A stretch of DNA of 64,000 nt. Source: an uncultured Thermoplasmata archaeon (GTDB lineage Archaea; Thermoplasmatota; Thermoplasmata; Lutacidiplasmatales; UBA184). The notes beneath the pieces were generated by a model. That model was not told the origin of the DNA, made no database searches, and was given only the letters and a program-made list of their open reading frames with translations. Every line of letters begins with the position of its first letter. The stretch's first letter is position 1. Where the stretch lies: NCBI GenBank assembly GCA_963730815.1, contig CAVSTD010000001.1, positions 211,941 through 275,940 on the forward strand, written 5' to 3'. Below are positions 19,379 to 27,457 of this stretch, one piece after another. A program made the position numbers and the translations under genes.

Positions 19379-19452
19379 GCCACTGTAGCTCAGTTCGGCA
19401 GAGCGGCTGATTCGTAATCAGCAGGTCGGGGGTTCAAGTCCCTCCAGTGGCT
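19379..19452 (+). tRNA. tRNA-Thr: tRNA-Thr (anticodon CGU)
   Basis: Acceptor GCCACTG/CAGTGGC, D-arm TAGCTCAGTTCGGCAGAGC, anticodon stem GCTGA/TCAGC with loop TTCGTAA, T-arm GGGGG-TTCAAGT-CCCTC. No encoded CCA. Confidence 0.9.
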
Positions 19453-19473
19453 GCTTTTCTCGACTATTCGCCC

Positions 19474-19482
19474 TTTTTTTTT
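19474..19482 (+). terminator. oligo-T tract (T9), archaeal-type terminator after tRNA-Thr
   Basis: CCCTTTTTTTTTC lies 22 nt downstream of the tRNA 3' end. Oligo-T runs are the canonical archaeal termination signal. Confidence 0.45.
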
Positions 19483-19658
19483 CTATCGTCACGTCGGCCA
19501 TCGGCAGGCGCGGAATGTATGCGGTTCTGTTCCGGAACAGAGTTGAGAGGTCAATACGATAGACAACGCGACCGTGCGAAGTCCGTGGGGGACACTTTTG
19601 AAAGCCAAAACCATCCAGCACATGCCAATAAGACGGGAAGCAAGGTCTGGTGCGATGG

Positions 19659-20203
19659 ATGCCCGAGGGTGATTCGAAACGCAAATGGGCGGATGTTTCA
19701 GTTGGAGAATCCAAGATTCATGGCCAAGGGGTCTTTGCCCAGAAGACGTTCGCCAAGGGCGACATAATCCTCGAGATCGACGACTCGGACCCTGTCCTCG
19801 ATCGAGGCAAACTGACCCCAGAGCAGGAGATATTCATCGATGTGTTTGTCGCAGTCGATGGAAAGCAGAAGACCACGTGGATGAAGTCGCTCGGAGAAGA
19901 TTCATCAACCATTCTTGCGACCCGAATAGCTACGTTTTGACCGACATGACAGATGGTGTCCGGCGGATATGGGCACTGAGGAACATCCGGAGGGGGGACG
20001 AACTCACCTGGGATTATGCGGTAAACATCTGGGAGGAGTGGATCGGTCCCGTGCCTTGCCACTGCGGCGATGAGAATTGCCGAAGGATCATTCGAGGAAA
20101 CTACTTCACGCTCCCCAAAGAGATACCAACGAAGGTATCTGCCCTTACTCGACGCGCCCTTCCGGAAGCGATTCACAAAGGAAATTCGATCGCTCCAACC
20201 TGA
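19659..20203 (+). pseudogene. SET-domain protein-lysine methyltransferase, frame broken as assembled
   Basis: ORF 19650.. gives the N-SET part (VGESKIHGQGVFAQKTFAKGDIILE). ORF 19685..20203 gives RFINHSCDPNSY, GDELTWDY and the post-SET CHCGDENCR. The junction MKSLG/RRFINH lies at about 19893-19898 and needs one extra nt. The extreme C-terminus may be shifted again: the alternate frame reads YQRRYLPLLDAPFRKRF from about 20125. Confidence 0.75.
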
Positions 20204-20232
20204 CCGGACACTCCGTCCGGGACCGCCTCTGA

Positions 20233-20934
20233 CTACGCAGTCAGGGCGACCAAGTCCCTGACCAACTCCTTCGGTTTCGTCACCATCGGCCAGTGGCCGC
20301 TGTCGATCACCTTGTGGGGACCTTCCAGCTTGCCCCACTTGCCCGCCACGATCTCGTCGACCGGGTCTCCGCTCTGAGAGCAGAATATGTACGCACACTT
20401 GACCGAATCGAGATGCTTCGAGAGGGTTATCGGGTCGCTCGCGTGTTTCAGGGGCCAAGGCGTGCCCAGGGCGAGCATCCACGCGCGATCGGTACCTTGC
20501 ACATCTTTTCCAATGTTGTCAAGGATTTTCTCGGTCAGCCGAATCCCCAATTCACCGGGTTCTACGCGCCCGAACTCTCTCTGGGGGTCGAAGCCCCCCT
20601 GAGGGGTCAGCACCTTGTCCGGACGGAACGCGTCCAGGTAGAGTAGGACCTTCACCTTCTCAGGAACGCGGTCGGCCACAGCGGCCACCACCTTTCCCGC
20701 AAAACTGTGGCCCACGAGGACGAAATCGTCGAGCCCGTTGTACTTGATCACGTTGAGGACGTCCTCGATAGCGGTCTCCATGCCAACGTCCTTGTTGACG
20801 AGGTGGACGCGGTCTCCCATCCCCGTGAGAGTGACAGGATAGACTTCGTGCCCCTCCGCTTCCAGCAGCGGAGTGACCTTCTTCCACACCCACGCTCCCA
20901 GCCAAGCTCCCGGAACCAGCACAAACTTGGACAT
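20233..20934 (-). CDS. alpha/beta hydrolase (methylesterase / hydroxynitrile-lyase-like subfamily)
   Basis: MSKFVLVPGAWLGAWVWKKVTPLLEAEGHEVYPVTLTGMG and the nucleophile elbow VLVGHSFAGKVV resemble the plant-type methylesterase/SABP2-like clade of the fold. Confidence 0.8.
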   Translation of the reverse strand: MSKFVLVPGAWLGAWVWKKVTPLLEAEGHEVYPVTLTGMGDRVHLVNKDVGMETAIEDVLNVIKYNGLDDFVLVGHSFAGKVVAAVADRVPEKVKVLLYLDAFRPDKVLTPQGGFDPQREFGRVEPGELGIRLTEKILDNIGKDVQGTDRAWMLALGTPWPLKHASDPITLSKHLDSVKCAYIFCSQSGDPVDEIVAGKWGKLEGPHKVIDSGHWPMVTKPKELVRDLVALTA

Positions 20935-21051
20935 CGAAGCAGTGGAAAACGGCGCCCTTACTTAAGCAGGGATTCCGCCGTCAGCCCAGAACAGTGGGCC
21001 CAAGTCCGTGCCGCCGCTGGAATTCCCAGAGGCTCCCCGTCCTTCCACAAT

Positions 21052-22017
21052 TCAGGACGACGCGACCCGAGCCAAGACGCTGAGCGCCTCGACGGTGGCC
21101 CAGAGACTGGGCTCGTGGAGCGGTTCGAGCATCATGGGAAAGATGGGCTCGTCGTACTGATAGCCCGCGAGGCCCGGATCGAGGTCCGGATGCGCGGCAT
21201 CGAGCGCCCACGTCCCATCACGACCCCGCTTGCTCCGAAGCCATCGGAGCGCCGGTCCCAGACGCGCGTCGGAGCCGTATCCCAACCGCGTCAGGATTCG
21301 GAGGCCCACGAGCACGTCGTAGTAGTAGTGATTCGGGTAGTGGATTCGGAACCACGGTGGATAGCGAACCTTGCCTTCTTCCATGAGATGACGCCGTAGA
21401 AAGAACTCGGCCCCCCGCTCGATCGACCGGCGGACGGACGGATCGCGGGCGTCTGCGGGAATCTCCGCGAGCGCGGCCAATCCCTCCCAGCCGTCAAGGG
21501 TGCCGACTCGGGACGGGAAGCAATGCCACCCGCCGTCCCGCTTTTGGGTGCGTACGATCCATGCGATCGACCGTTGAACGACCGGGTGCTCCAGATAGCC
21601 GAACCGGATGAGGGTGCGCACCGCGTTCCCGGTGACGCAGATCTCCCCGGCCCGCCCGCTGAGGTCCCCGCCCCGTGAACTCCATCGGGCGATGAGGAGC
21701 TCCGCGGTCCGGCGGATGCGACGGTCGGCGCGGGTCATGCCAAGGTCGGAGAGCGCGATCGCGAGCCAGTTCGTGACGATGTACTTGGGTCGGTACAGCT
21801 CCCGGGCCGAAGAGCCCGGAGTGACCCAGTGTCCGTCCGGGCACTGATGACTCAGCAGGGATGCGGCCCAGCCGACGTGGCCGATCTCGCGATGCGCCGT
21901 CCGCACTCGCGTATCGCGGGGCGACAAGCCCTCCACTTCCAACCAAAACCGAGCCCGGACGCTCGGGTCGGACTTCGGCCCGGTGAGCCAGCGCCGTACT
22001 CGAGGAGAGACCCGCAT
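21052..22017 (-). CDS. prenyltransferase / terpene-cyclase-like alpha-alpha toroid repeat protein
   Basis: Repeated QxxDGxW-type motifs (HQCPDGHW, QKRDGGWHCF, KRGRDGTWAL) are spaced as in squalene-cyclase/prenyltransferase beta-subunit repeats. No catalytic assignment is possible. Confidence 0.5.
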   Translation of the reverse strand: MRVSPRVRRWLTGPKSDPSVRARFWLEVEGLSPRDTRVRTAHREIGHVGWAASLLSHQCPDGHWVTPGSSARELYRPKYIVTNWLAIALSDLGMTRADRRIRRTAELLIARWSSRGGDLSGRAGEICVTGNAVRTLIRFGYLEHPVVQRSIAWIVRTQKRDGGWHCFPSRVGTLDGWEGLAALAEIPADARDPSVRRSIERGAEFFLRRHLMEEGKVRYPPWFRIHYPNHYYYDVLVGLRILTRLGYGSDARLGPALRWLRSKRGRDGTWALDAAHPDLDPGLAGYQYDEPIFPMMLEPLHEPSLWATVEALSVLARVASS

Positions 22018-22183
22018 CGGGCGCAGGGAGACCTCGAGACCTTATCATTGCTTTTCACGATATCTACCGAGGAGTTTCCCGGTCGCGGACATCGAACGCG
22101 AAATCGGGAGAGGTGGGACCCTCGGCGCTCCTTCGATAGGTTTTCAAAGGAGATACGCGCGTCTCAGACCCGGGTAATCGCGA

Positions 22184-23008
22184 GTGGCCGCGTTGGTGGT
22201 ACCCACGCATCGGCGGCCCCCTCCGATCTACCGCCTCGCCCGGGCGCTCCGCTGGATCAGCGCGCTCGTGCTGGTGGCGTTGATCATCTTCGCGGGGACC
22301 GTGATCTATTCCGCCGTTCAGGTCGCGCAAACGAGCGCGCAATCCCGAGGGCTTTCGGCCTCGTTCGCCGCGAACGGCACCGTCGAAATCGGTGGGTCGT
22401 TCACGCTCTCGAATCCCGGCCTCTATCCGATCGATGGGTTCAAGCTGACCGCCCGGATCGCGAACAGCAGCGGGGTGAACCTCGGGCAGATCGGCGTCGG
22501 CCCGACGAACATCGGGGCCTTTTCGACCGGGGTCTTTCCCATTGCACTCTACTTACCGGTTTCGGCGAGCGGCCCCACCGCCTCGTTGCTCACCGTGGAC
22601 CAGACCCTCCGCGTGAACGCGTGGGGAAACGCGACGTACGCGTACCTATTCCCGCTCTCCATCAAACTCGCCGAGAATCGTTCCTGGGGAGCGCCGTTCG
22701 AGGGGTTCGAGGCGAGCGTGGGGATGCCCTCGGGCGGCGGGGGGATGATTACCCTCCCCGTGACGGTGACGTTCTCGAACCACGCGCCGGTTTCCGACGC
22801 CGGCACCCTCACGTTCGTAATCGAATCCGCGGCCCAGGTGGACTGCGGCGGTGGGACGTTCGCGATCGCCGCTCCCCCCGGGAGCCTCTACGACCAGACC
22901 CAGGACGTCACCCTGAGCAGCGGCTGTTCCCCCGCGGGGGGTCAGATCCTCAGCACATACTCGAACGGTGGCACTGCGATTTCGCTCCCTCCCGAGGCGA
23001 TCCCGTGA
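22184..23008 (+). CDS. N-terminally anchored protein with two LEA_2/NDR1-like beta-sandwich modules (hypothetical)
   Basis: One TM helix (WISALVLVALIIFAGTVIYSAV), then two similar modules (GGSFTLSNPGLYPIDGFKLTARI ... VTVTFSNHAPVSDAGTLTFVI). The stop overlaps the next start. Confidence 0.5.
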   Translation: MAALVVPTHRRPPPIYRLARALRWISALVLVALIIFAGTVIYSAVQVAQTSAQSRGLSASFAANGTVEIGGSFTLSNPGLYPIDGFKLTARIANSSGVNLGQIGVGPTNIGAFSTGVFPIALYLPVSASGPTASLLTVDQTLRVNAWGNATYAYLFPLSIKLAENRSWGAPFEGFEASVGMPSGGGGMITLPVTVTFSNHAPVSDAGTLTFVIESAAQVDCGGGTFAIAAPPGSLYDQTQDVTLSSGCSPAGGQILSTYSNGGTAISLPPEAIP

Positions 23009-23505
23009 GCTTTTCCTCCGGCTACGTCGCTCCGTCGAGCGAGACCGCGGGCTACCGCATCCCGTCCCTCGGGTACCGGATCGTCATCGCGGGGTTGCGC
23101 CTTGTCCCTACGTTCTTCCTGCTCATCGCGCTCCCCGTCGCCGCTCTCAGCTTCGCCTCTTCGAGGGGGATCGCACTACCGATCTCTACCTATGCGGTGA
23201 CCGCGTGGGGTATCGCCCTCATGTCGCTCGGCGCCGCGCGCTACATCCTGAAGCCGACCCGCGCCTACGGACCGGTCTCGATCGTGGCCTCTGCGGTCGT
23301 GCTCGTGTATCTCCTCTACCTGATCTCGCTGTCGCCGTATCGCCTCACGATCCCGGGCGGGTCGGCGACCCTTGCCGCGGGCTATGCGTCGTTCCTCGAG
23401 ATCGCCTTGATCATGCCCGTGCTCGGGATCATTGTCGGCATCCTCGTCACGATCGAGGACGCGGGCTCGCGCACCGAGCGCCTCCTGTTCGATTTCCCGG
23501 CGTGA
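23005..23505 (+). CDS. polytopic membrane protein (hypothetical)
   Basis: A GTG at 23005 overlaps the upstream stop (GTGA). There are four or five hydrophobic helices ([69 protein letters not shown]). This is the tail of the otherwise spurious track ORF 21829..23505. Confidence 0.5.
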   Translation: MSFSSGYVAPSSETAGYRIPSLGYRIVIAGLRLVPTFFLLIALPVAALSFASSRGIALPISTYAVTAWGIALMSLGAARYILKPTRAYGPVSIVASAVVLVYLLYLISLSPYRLTIPGGSATLAAGYASFLEIALIMPVLGIIVGILVTIEDAGSRTERLLFDFPA

Positions 23506-23516
23506 CCGGGTACCGA

Positions 23517-23986
23517 CTAAACGCCCGCGACGGTCGCTTCGACGATCCGGATCGCCGAGCGGGGCCGGTCGTTCGCGTCGCGCGGCGACCCGGCGATCTT
23601 CTCCACGACATCTTGACCCGAACGGACCTTGCCGAAGACCGCGTGCTTCTTGTCGAGCCATGGGGTCGCGGCGAGCGTGATGAAGAATTGGCTCCCGCCC
23701 GTGTTGGGGCCCGCGTTCGCCATCGAGAGAACGCCGGGACCATCGTGACGCAGGGTGGCGTCGAACTCGTCGGGGATCGTGTACCCGGTCCGCTGGTTCC
23801 GTCGCCCTTCGGACATCCGCCCTGGATCATGAACCCGGGGATCACCCGGTGGAAGGTAAGACCGTTGTAGAACCCCTTGCGGACGAGCGTGACGAAGTTC
23901 TCGACCGTCTTCGGCGCCCGGTCTCGAAACAGCTCGATGCGGAAGTCTCCGAGGGTCGTCCGGAACGTCGCGGTGGGTTGCGCCAT
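23517..23986 (-). pseudogene. cyclophilin-type peptidyl-prolyl cis-trans isomerase, frame broken as assembled
   Basis: The N-terminal part is [59 protein letters not shown] (ORF 23447..23986). The C-terminal part is [37 protein letters not shown]...HAVFGKV (ORF 23517..23816). The junction is in the run CCGGG at about 23783-23789. The span is 470 nt, one short of a multiple of 3. Confidence 0.88.
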
Positions 23987-24096
23987 GCGCTCCGGAGAGC
24001 GACCGAGCGGAAAAGCGTCACCACCAGCCGACCGGTTTAAGTGGACGGTCGAGAGTCCTCGGCCGCAGTGCAGAGAAGGATTCCCCGGCGGCTCGA

Positions 24097-24612
24097 ATGA
24101 ACCGGTCGATTGCTCTCATCGGGATCGTCGTCATCGTCTTCGGGTTCGCGCTGGTGGCCTACCCGATCGCGTTCACCCAAAGCGAACAGCTCGACATTGA
24201 GCAGGAGGTCGGGTTCCTCGTCGCTCCGGTCGGCCTCGTCGTGGTCATGCTCGGGGCGCTGGCGCACGACCCCGAACGAACCACGGTCGGCGGGACGTTT
24301 GGGAACCCCGAGGCCGACCTCGCTCGGGCTTCGCGGGGGAAGGCCGTCGAGCCCCGAGCCGTCCGTCGGTACAACCCGCACGAGCCCGTGGACTGCCGAT
24401 ACTGTCGGACGGTGATCACCGCCGACCTCGCGCAGTGCCCCCGTTGCGCTCGGCCCCGCGACTGCCGGACGTGCGGTCGGCTGCTCGGCATCGTGCAGGA
24501 CCGAGTCACGTGTCCGGGTTGCGGCCGGATCGAAGGGTTGTGCAACTGCCCTCGCATCGCTCGTCCGAGCGCGAGCACCCCTCCGCCCGGCAGCGCTCCC
24601 CGAAGGCGCTGA
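24097..24612 (+). CDS. membrane protein with C-terminal multiple zinc ribbons (hypothetical)
   Basis: Two TM helices ([41 protein letters not shown]), then CRYC..CPRC..CRTC..CPGC..CNC. The stop overlaps the rnhA start (TGATG). Confidence 0.55.
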   Translation: MNRSIALIGIVVIVFGFALVAYPIAFTQSEQLDIEQEVGFLVAPVGLVVVMLGALAHDPERTTVGGTFGNPEADLARASRGKAVEPRAVRRYNPHEPVDCRYCRTVITADLAQCPRCARPRDCRTCGRLLGIVQDRVTCPGCGRIEGLCNCPRIARPSASTPPPGSAPRRR

Positions 24613-25160
24613 TGGGAGAGCCGGTCGACCTTCGCATTCCGCGCGGCATCGCCGCGACCGAGCTCACGACTCCCGTGCTCGTCCGCTTCGATGGGTCATG
24701 CCAGCCGCCAGGGGGCGGAGGGGTCGCCGGATGGGGCTTCGTGATCGAGGGACCCGGTCTCCGCATCGAAGACTGCGGACTCGCCACGCGGCCGTACTCT
24801 CCGCACTCCACCAACAACGTCGCAGAGTACGTCGGAGCGATCCGAGCTCTCGAACATCTCCGTTCGAAGGGGTACACGGGCGAGGTGATCGTCGAGGGGG
24901 ACAGCCAGCTCGTGGTCCGGCAAATGAACGGGAAGTACGAGGTGCGCGCGGAGCATCTGAAAGCGTACCACGACTGGCTCTCCCAGCTCGCCCGGTCGTT
25001 CCAACGCGTCGAGTTCCGCTGGATACGGCGCGAGGAAAACACGGTCGCCGACGCGCTCTCGAAGCGTGCGGTCGAATCCGCGTGGGAGGACGCGAAGCGC
25101 TTCCGGCCCCCGCGCTGGGGGACGGTCGTCGAAGCAGAATCCGAGACTGACCCGCCCTGA
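24612..25160 (+). CDS. rnhA: ribonuclease HI (type 1 RNase H, archaeal/RVT_3-like)
   Basis: DEDD catalytic pattern: FDGSC, NNVAEYVGAIRALE, VEGDSQLVVRQMNG, ENTVADALSK. About 180 aa. Confidence 0.8.
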   Translation: MGEPVDLRIPRGIAATELTTPVLVRFDGSCQPPGGGGVAGWGFVIEGPGLRIEDCGLATRPYSPHSTNNVAEYVGAIRALEHLRSKGYTGEVIVEGDSQLVVRQMNGKYEVRAEHLKAYHDWLSQLARSFQRVEFRWIRREENTVADALSKRAVESAWEDAKRFRPPRWGTVVEAESETDPP

Positions 25161-25744
25161 GGCGGTCGTTCAGCCCCAGCGGACCGTGTAGACCAGCGTG
25201 CGGCCTTCCATGGCCGCCCGCGCGCGCGCCGAGTCGACGTACGTGGCGAACGCGGCGGCCGCCTCGGGGGTCAGCTTGGGTCGAACCCCGTATCCTCGGG
25301 GCTCGCCCTGGCCCAGAAACACGGGCGGAGGGGGAACCAGGGAGGGGGACTCGGGGGGAGACGGGCCCGGCTTTCGAATCGCCGCGCTCATGCGACCCAG
25401 GCTCCGGATTGCGAAACGCGCCGACCGTCGAGTCGTAGGCAGGGGAGAACGGCGAGCGGAAGGTCGACCTCCAGGGTGGGCGCGATACGTGCCGGAAGCG
25501 AGGCGAGAATCGCCCGGCCGTCAGGGTTGTCGGACACGTCCAGTGCAGACTGTCAGACGCACGTCGTACATAAAGCCGAAAGTTCGACTGGAAAGTAGGG
25601 GGTGTCCCCTATCTCCCTAACGGAAAAGACTGGCGGACATCGGGCAGACCGAGTCCAGTTCGGTGCCTTGCCGCGGTGACCCTTCTTAAAGCGAGGGTGG
25701 CTGAGGCGGCCGACCGAGGAAGTGGGAACACGACCGAATCGGAG

Positions 25745-27457
25745 ATGGGGTCTTTCTTGCGCCGCGCGGAGTCGAAGCTCCTCGACCTTTCCGTCGAGTC
25801 CCAGAAGGCCGACTGGGTCTACGATACCTACATCACGTCCGACAGCGAGCTCCTCGCCGCCCGAGCGTTTTCGCGCTTGATCGGCGTGACCGTCGGGCTC
25901 GCGAAGGAATCGACGCGATTCCCGACCGCAGGCCTCGCGGAGGTCGACGAAAGAAAGGCGAAGTTGCTCCGCCTGAGCCTCCCTCTGATCGCTCCGTCCG
26001 ACCCCACCGAATCCGAAGAGCTTTCGCGTCGAGTCACGGCGATGCGCGGGAATTACGCGAAGGGGCGCTATGCGCCGCGCTCGACGCAGGAGCCCCTCGA
26101 CCTCCAGGGGCTCTCTCGGATCCTGACCGAGAGCCGGGACCCTTCGCTCCTCGAGGACGTTTGGACGGGGTGGCATCACGTCGGTCGCACCATCCGCCCC
26201 GATTTCGTCCGGTATGTCGAGCTCGCGAATCGCGGCGCGGGCGAGCTCGGGTTTTCCGATACGGGCGCGATGTGGCGGTCCAAGTATGACATGGACCCGG
26301 TCGCGTTCTCTCGAGAGGTCGACCGACTCTGGTCGGAGGTCGAGCCGCTGTATCGTTCCCTGCACGCGTATGTCCGCCACCGTCTGCTCGAGCACTACGG
26401 AGCGGACCAAGTACCCACGAAAGGCCCCCTCCCGGCCCACCTACTCGGCAACATGTGGGCGCAAGCTTGGGACGGGACCCTTCCGTTGCTCGCGCCCCCT
26501 TCCGACGGAACCGACGTCGACCTGACCTCGATCCTGGTAAAGCGGGGAATCTCGCCCCTCGACATGGTCCGCACGGCGGAGCAGTTCTTCGTCTCGCTCG
26601 GATTCGACCGACTCCCGACGACCTTCTGGGAGCGCTCGATGTTCGTGCGCCCGCGCGACCGCGAAGTCGTCTGCCACGCGAGCGCCTGGGACGTCGATTG
26701 CGTCGACGACCTTCGTCTGAAGATGTGCATCGAGATCACGGGCGAGGATTTCTTAACGGTCCACCACGAGCTGGGCCACAACTTCTACCAACGGGCGTAC
26801 TCGCACCAACCGTTCCTCTTTCGCGACAGTGCGCACGACGGGTTCCACGAAGCGATCGGCGACACGATCTCACTCTCGGTCACGCCGGACTATCTGGTCC
26901 AGATCGGTCTGCTCGACCGAGCCTCCGACCCGCAGGGAGACATCGCCCTGCTCCTGCGAAGAGCGCTCGAGAAGGTGGCCTTCCTGCCGTTCGGCCTCGT
27001 CGTCGACAAGTGGCGCTGGGACGTCTTCTCGGGAGAGATCGCCCCGTCCGAGTACAATTCGACCTGGTGGGAGATGCGACGCCGCTACCAGGGGGTCGCC
27101 CCGCCGGGAGTTCGCAGCGACGACGAGTTCGACCCGGGAGCCAAGTATCACGTTCCGGCGAACGTGCCCTACATGCGTTACTTCCTCGCGCACATCCTCC
27201 AGTTCCAATTCCACCGCGCCCTCGCCCGGGAGGCGGGCGCGTCAGGGCCGCTCCATCGGGCGTCGATCTACGGCTCGAAGGCGGCGGGTCGCCGGCTCGG
27301 GGCCGCGCTCGAGATGGGAATGAGCCGCCCGTGGCCCGATGCTCTCGAGGCGCTGACGGGGGACCGACACATGGACGCCTCGGGGCTGCTCGAATATTTC
27401 GCCCCGCTTCAGAAATGGCTCGACGAACAGAACCGGACGAGCCCTCTCGGTTGGTAG
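25745..27457 (+). CDS. peptidase family M2 (angiotensin-converting-enzyme-like peptidyl-dipeptidase)
   Basis: HHELGHNFYQRAY...DGFHEAIGDTISLSVTP closely mirrors the ACE zinc site HHEMGH...GFHEAIGD. An N-terminal ADWVYDTYITSD segment is also ACE-like. No hydrophobic signal peptide from either ATG 25745 or the upstream GTG 25676. Confidence 0.85.
   Translation: MGSFLRRAESKLLDLSVESQKADWVYDTYITSDSELLAARAFSRLIGVTVGLAKESTRFPTAGLAEVDERKAKLLRLSLPLIAPSDPTESEELSRRVTAMRGNYAKGRYAPRSTQEPLDLQGLSRILTESRDPSLLEDVWTGWHHVGRTIRPDFVRYVELANRGAGELGFSDTGAMWRSKYDMDPVAFSREVDRLWSEVEPLYRSLHAYVRHRLLEHYGADQVPTKGPLPAHLLGNMWAQAWDGTLPLLAPPSDGTDVDLTSILVKRGISPLDMVRTAEQFFVSLGFDRLPTTFWERSMFVRPRDREVVCHASAWDVDCVDDLRLKMCIEITGEDFLTVHHELGHNFYQRAYSHQPFLFRDSAHDGFHEAIGDTISLSVTPDYLVQIGLLDRASDPQGDIALLLRRALEKVAFLPFGLVVDKWRWDVFSGEIAPSEYNSTWWEMRRRYQGVAPPGVRSDDEFDPGAKYHVPANVPYMRYFLAHILQFQFHRALAREAGASGPLHRASIYGSKAAGRRLGAALEMGMSRPWPDALEALTGDRHMDASGLLEYFAPLQKWLDEQNRTSPLGW

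Noticed and set aside
20225-20250. 9-nt match (CAAGTCCCT) to the tRNA-Thr T-arm as a possible att repeat bounding the low-G+C islet
   Set aside because: It is too short to be significant, lies inside the hydrolase coding sequence, and no integrase is present.
25170-25391. 73-aa minus-strand ORF between rnhA and the M2 peptidase gene
   Set aside because: It is Pro/Ala-rich with no motif and no clear start context. I cannot distinguish it from a chance ORF, so it is not listed as a feature.
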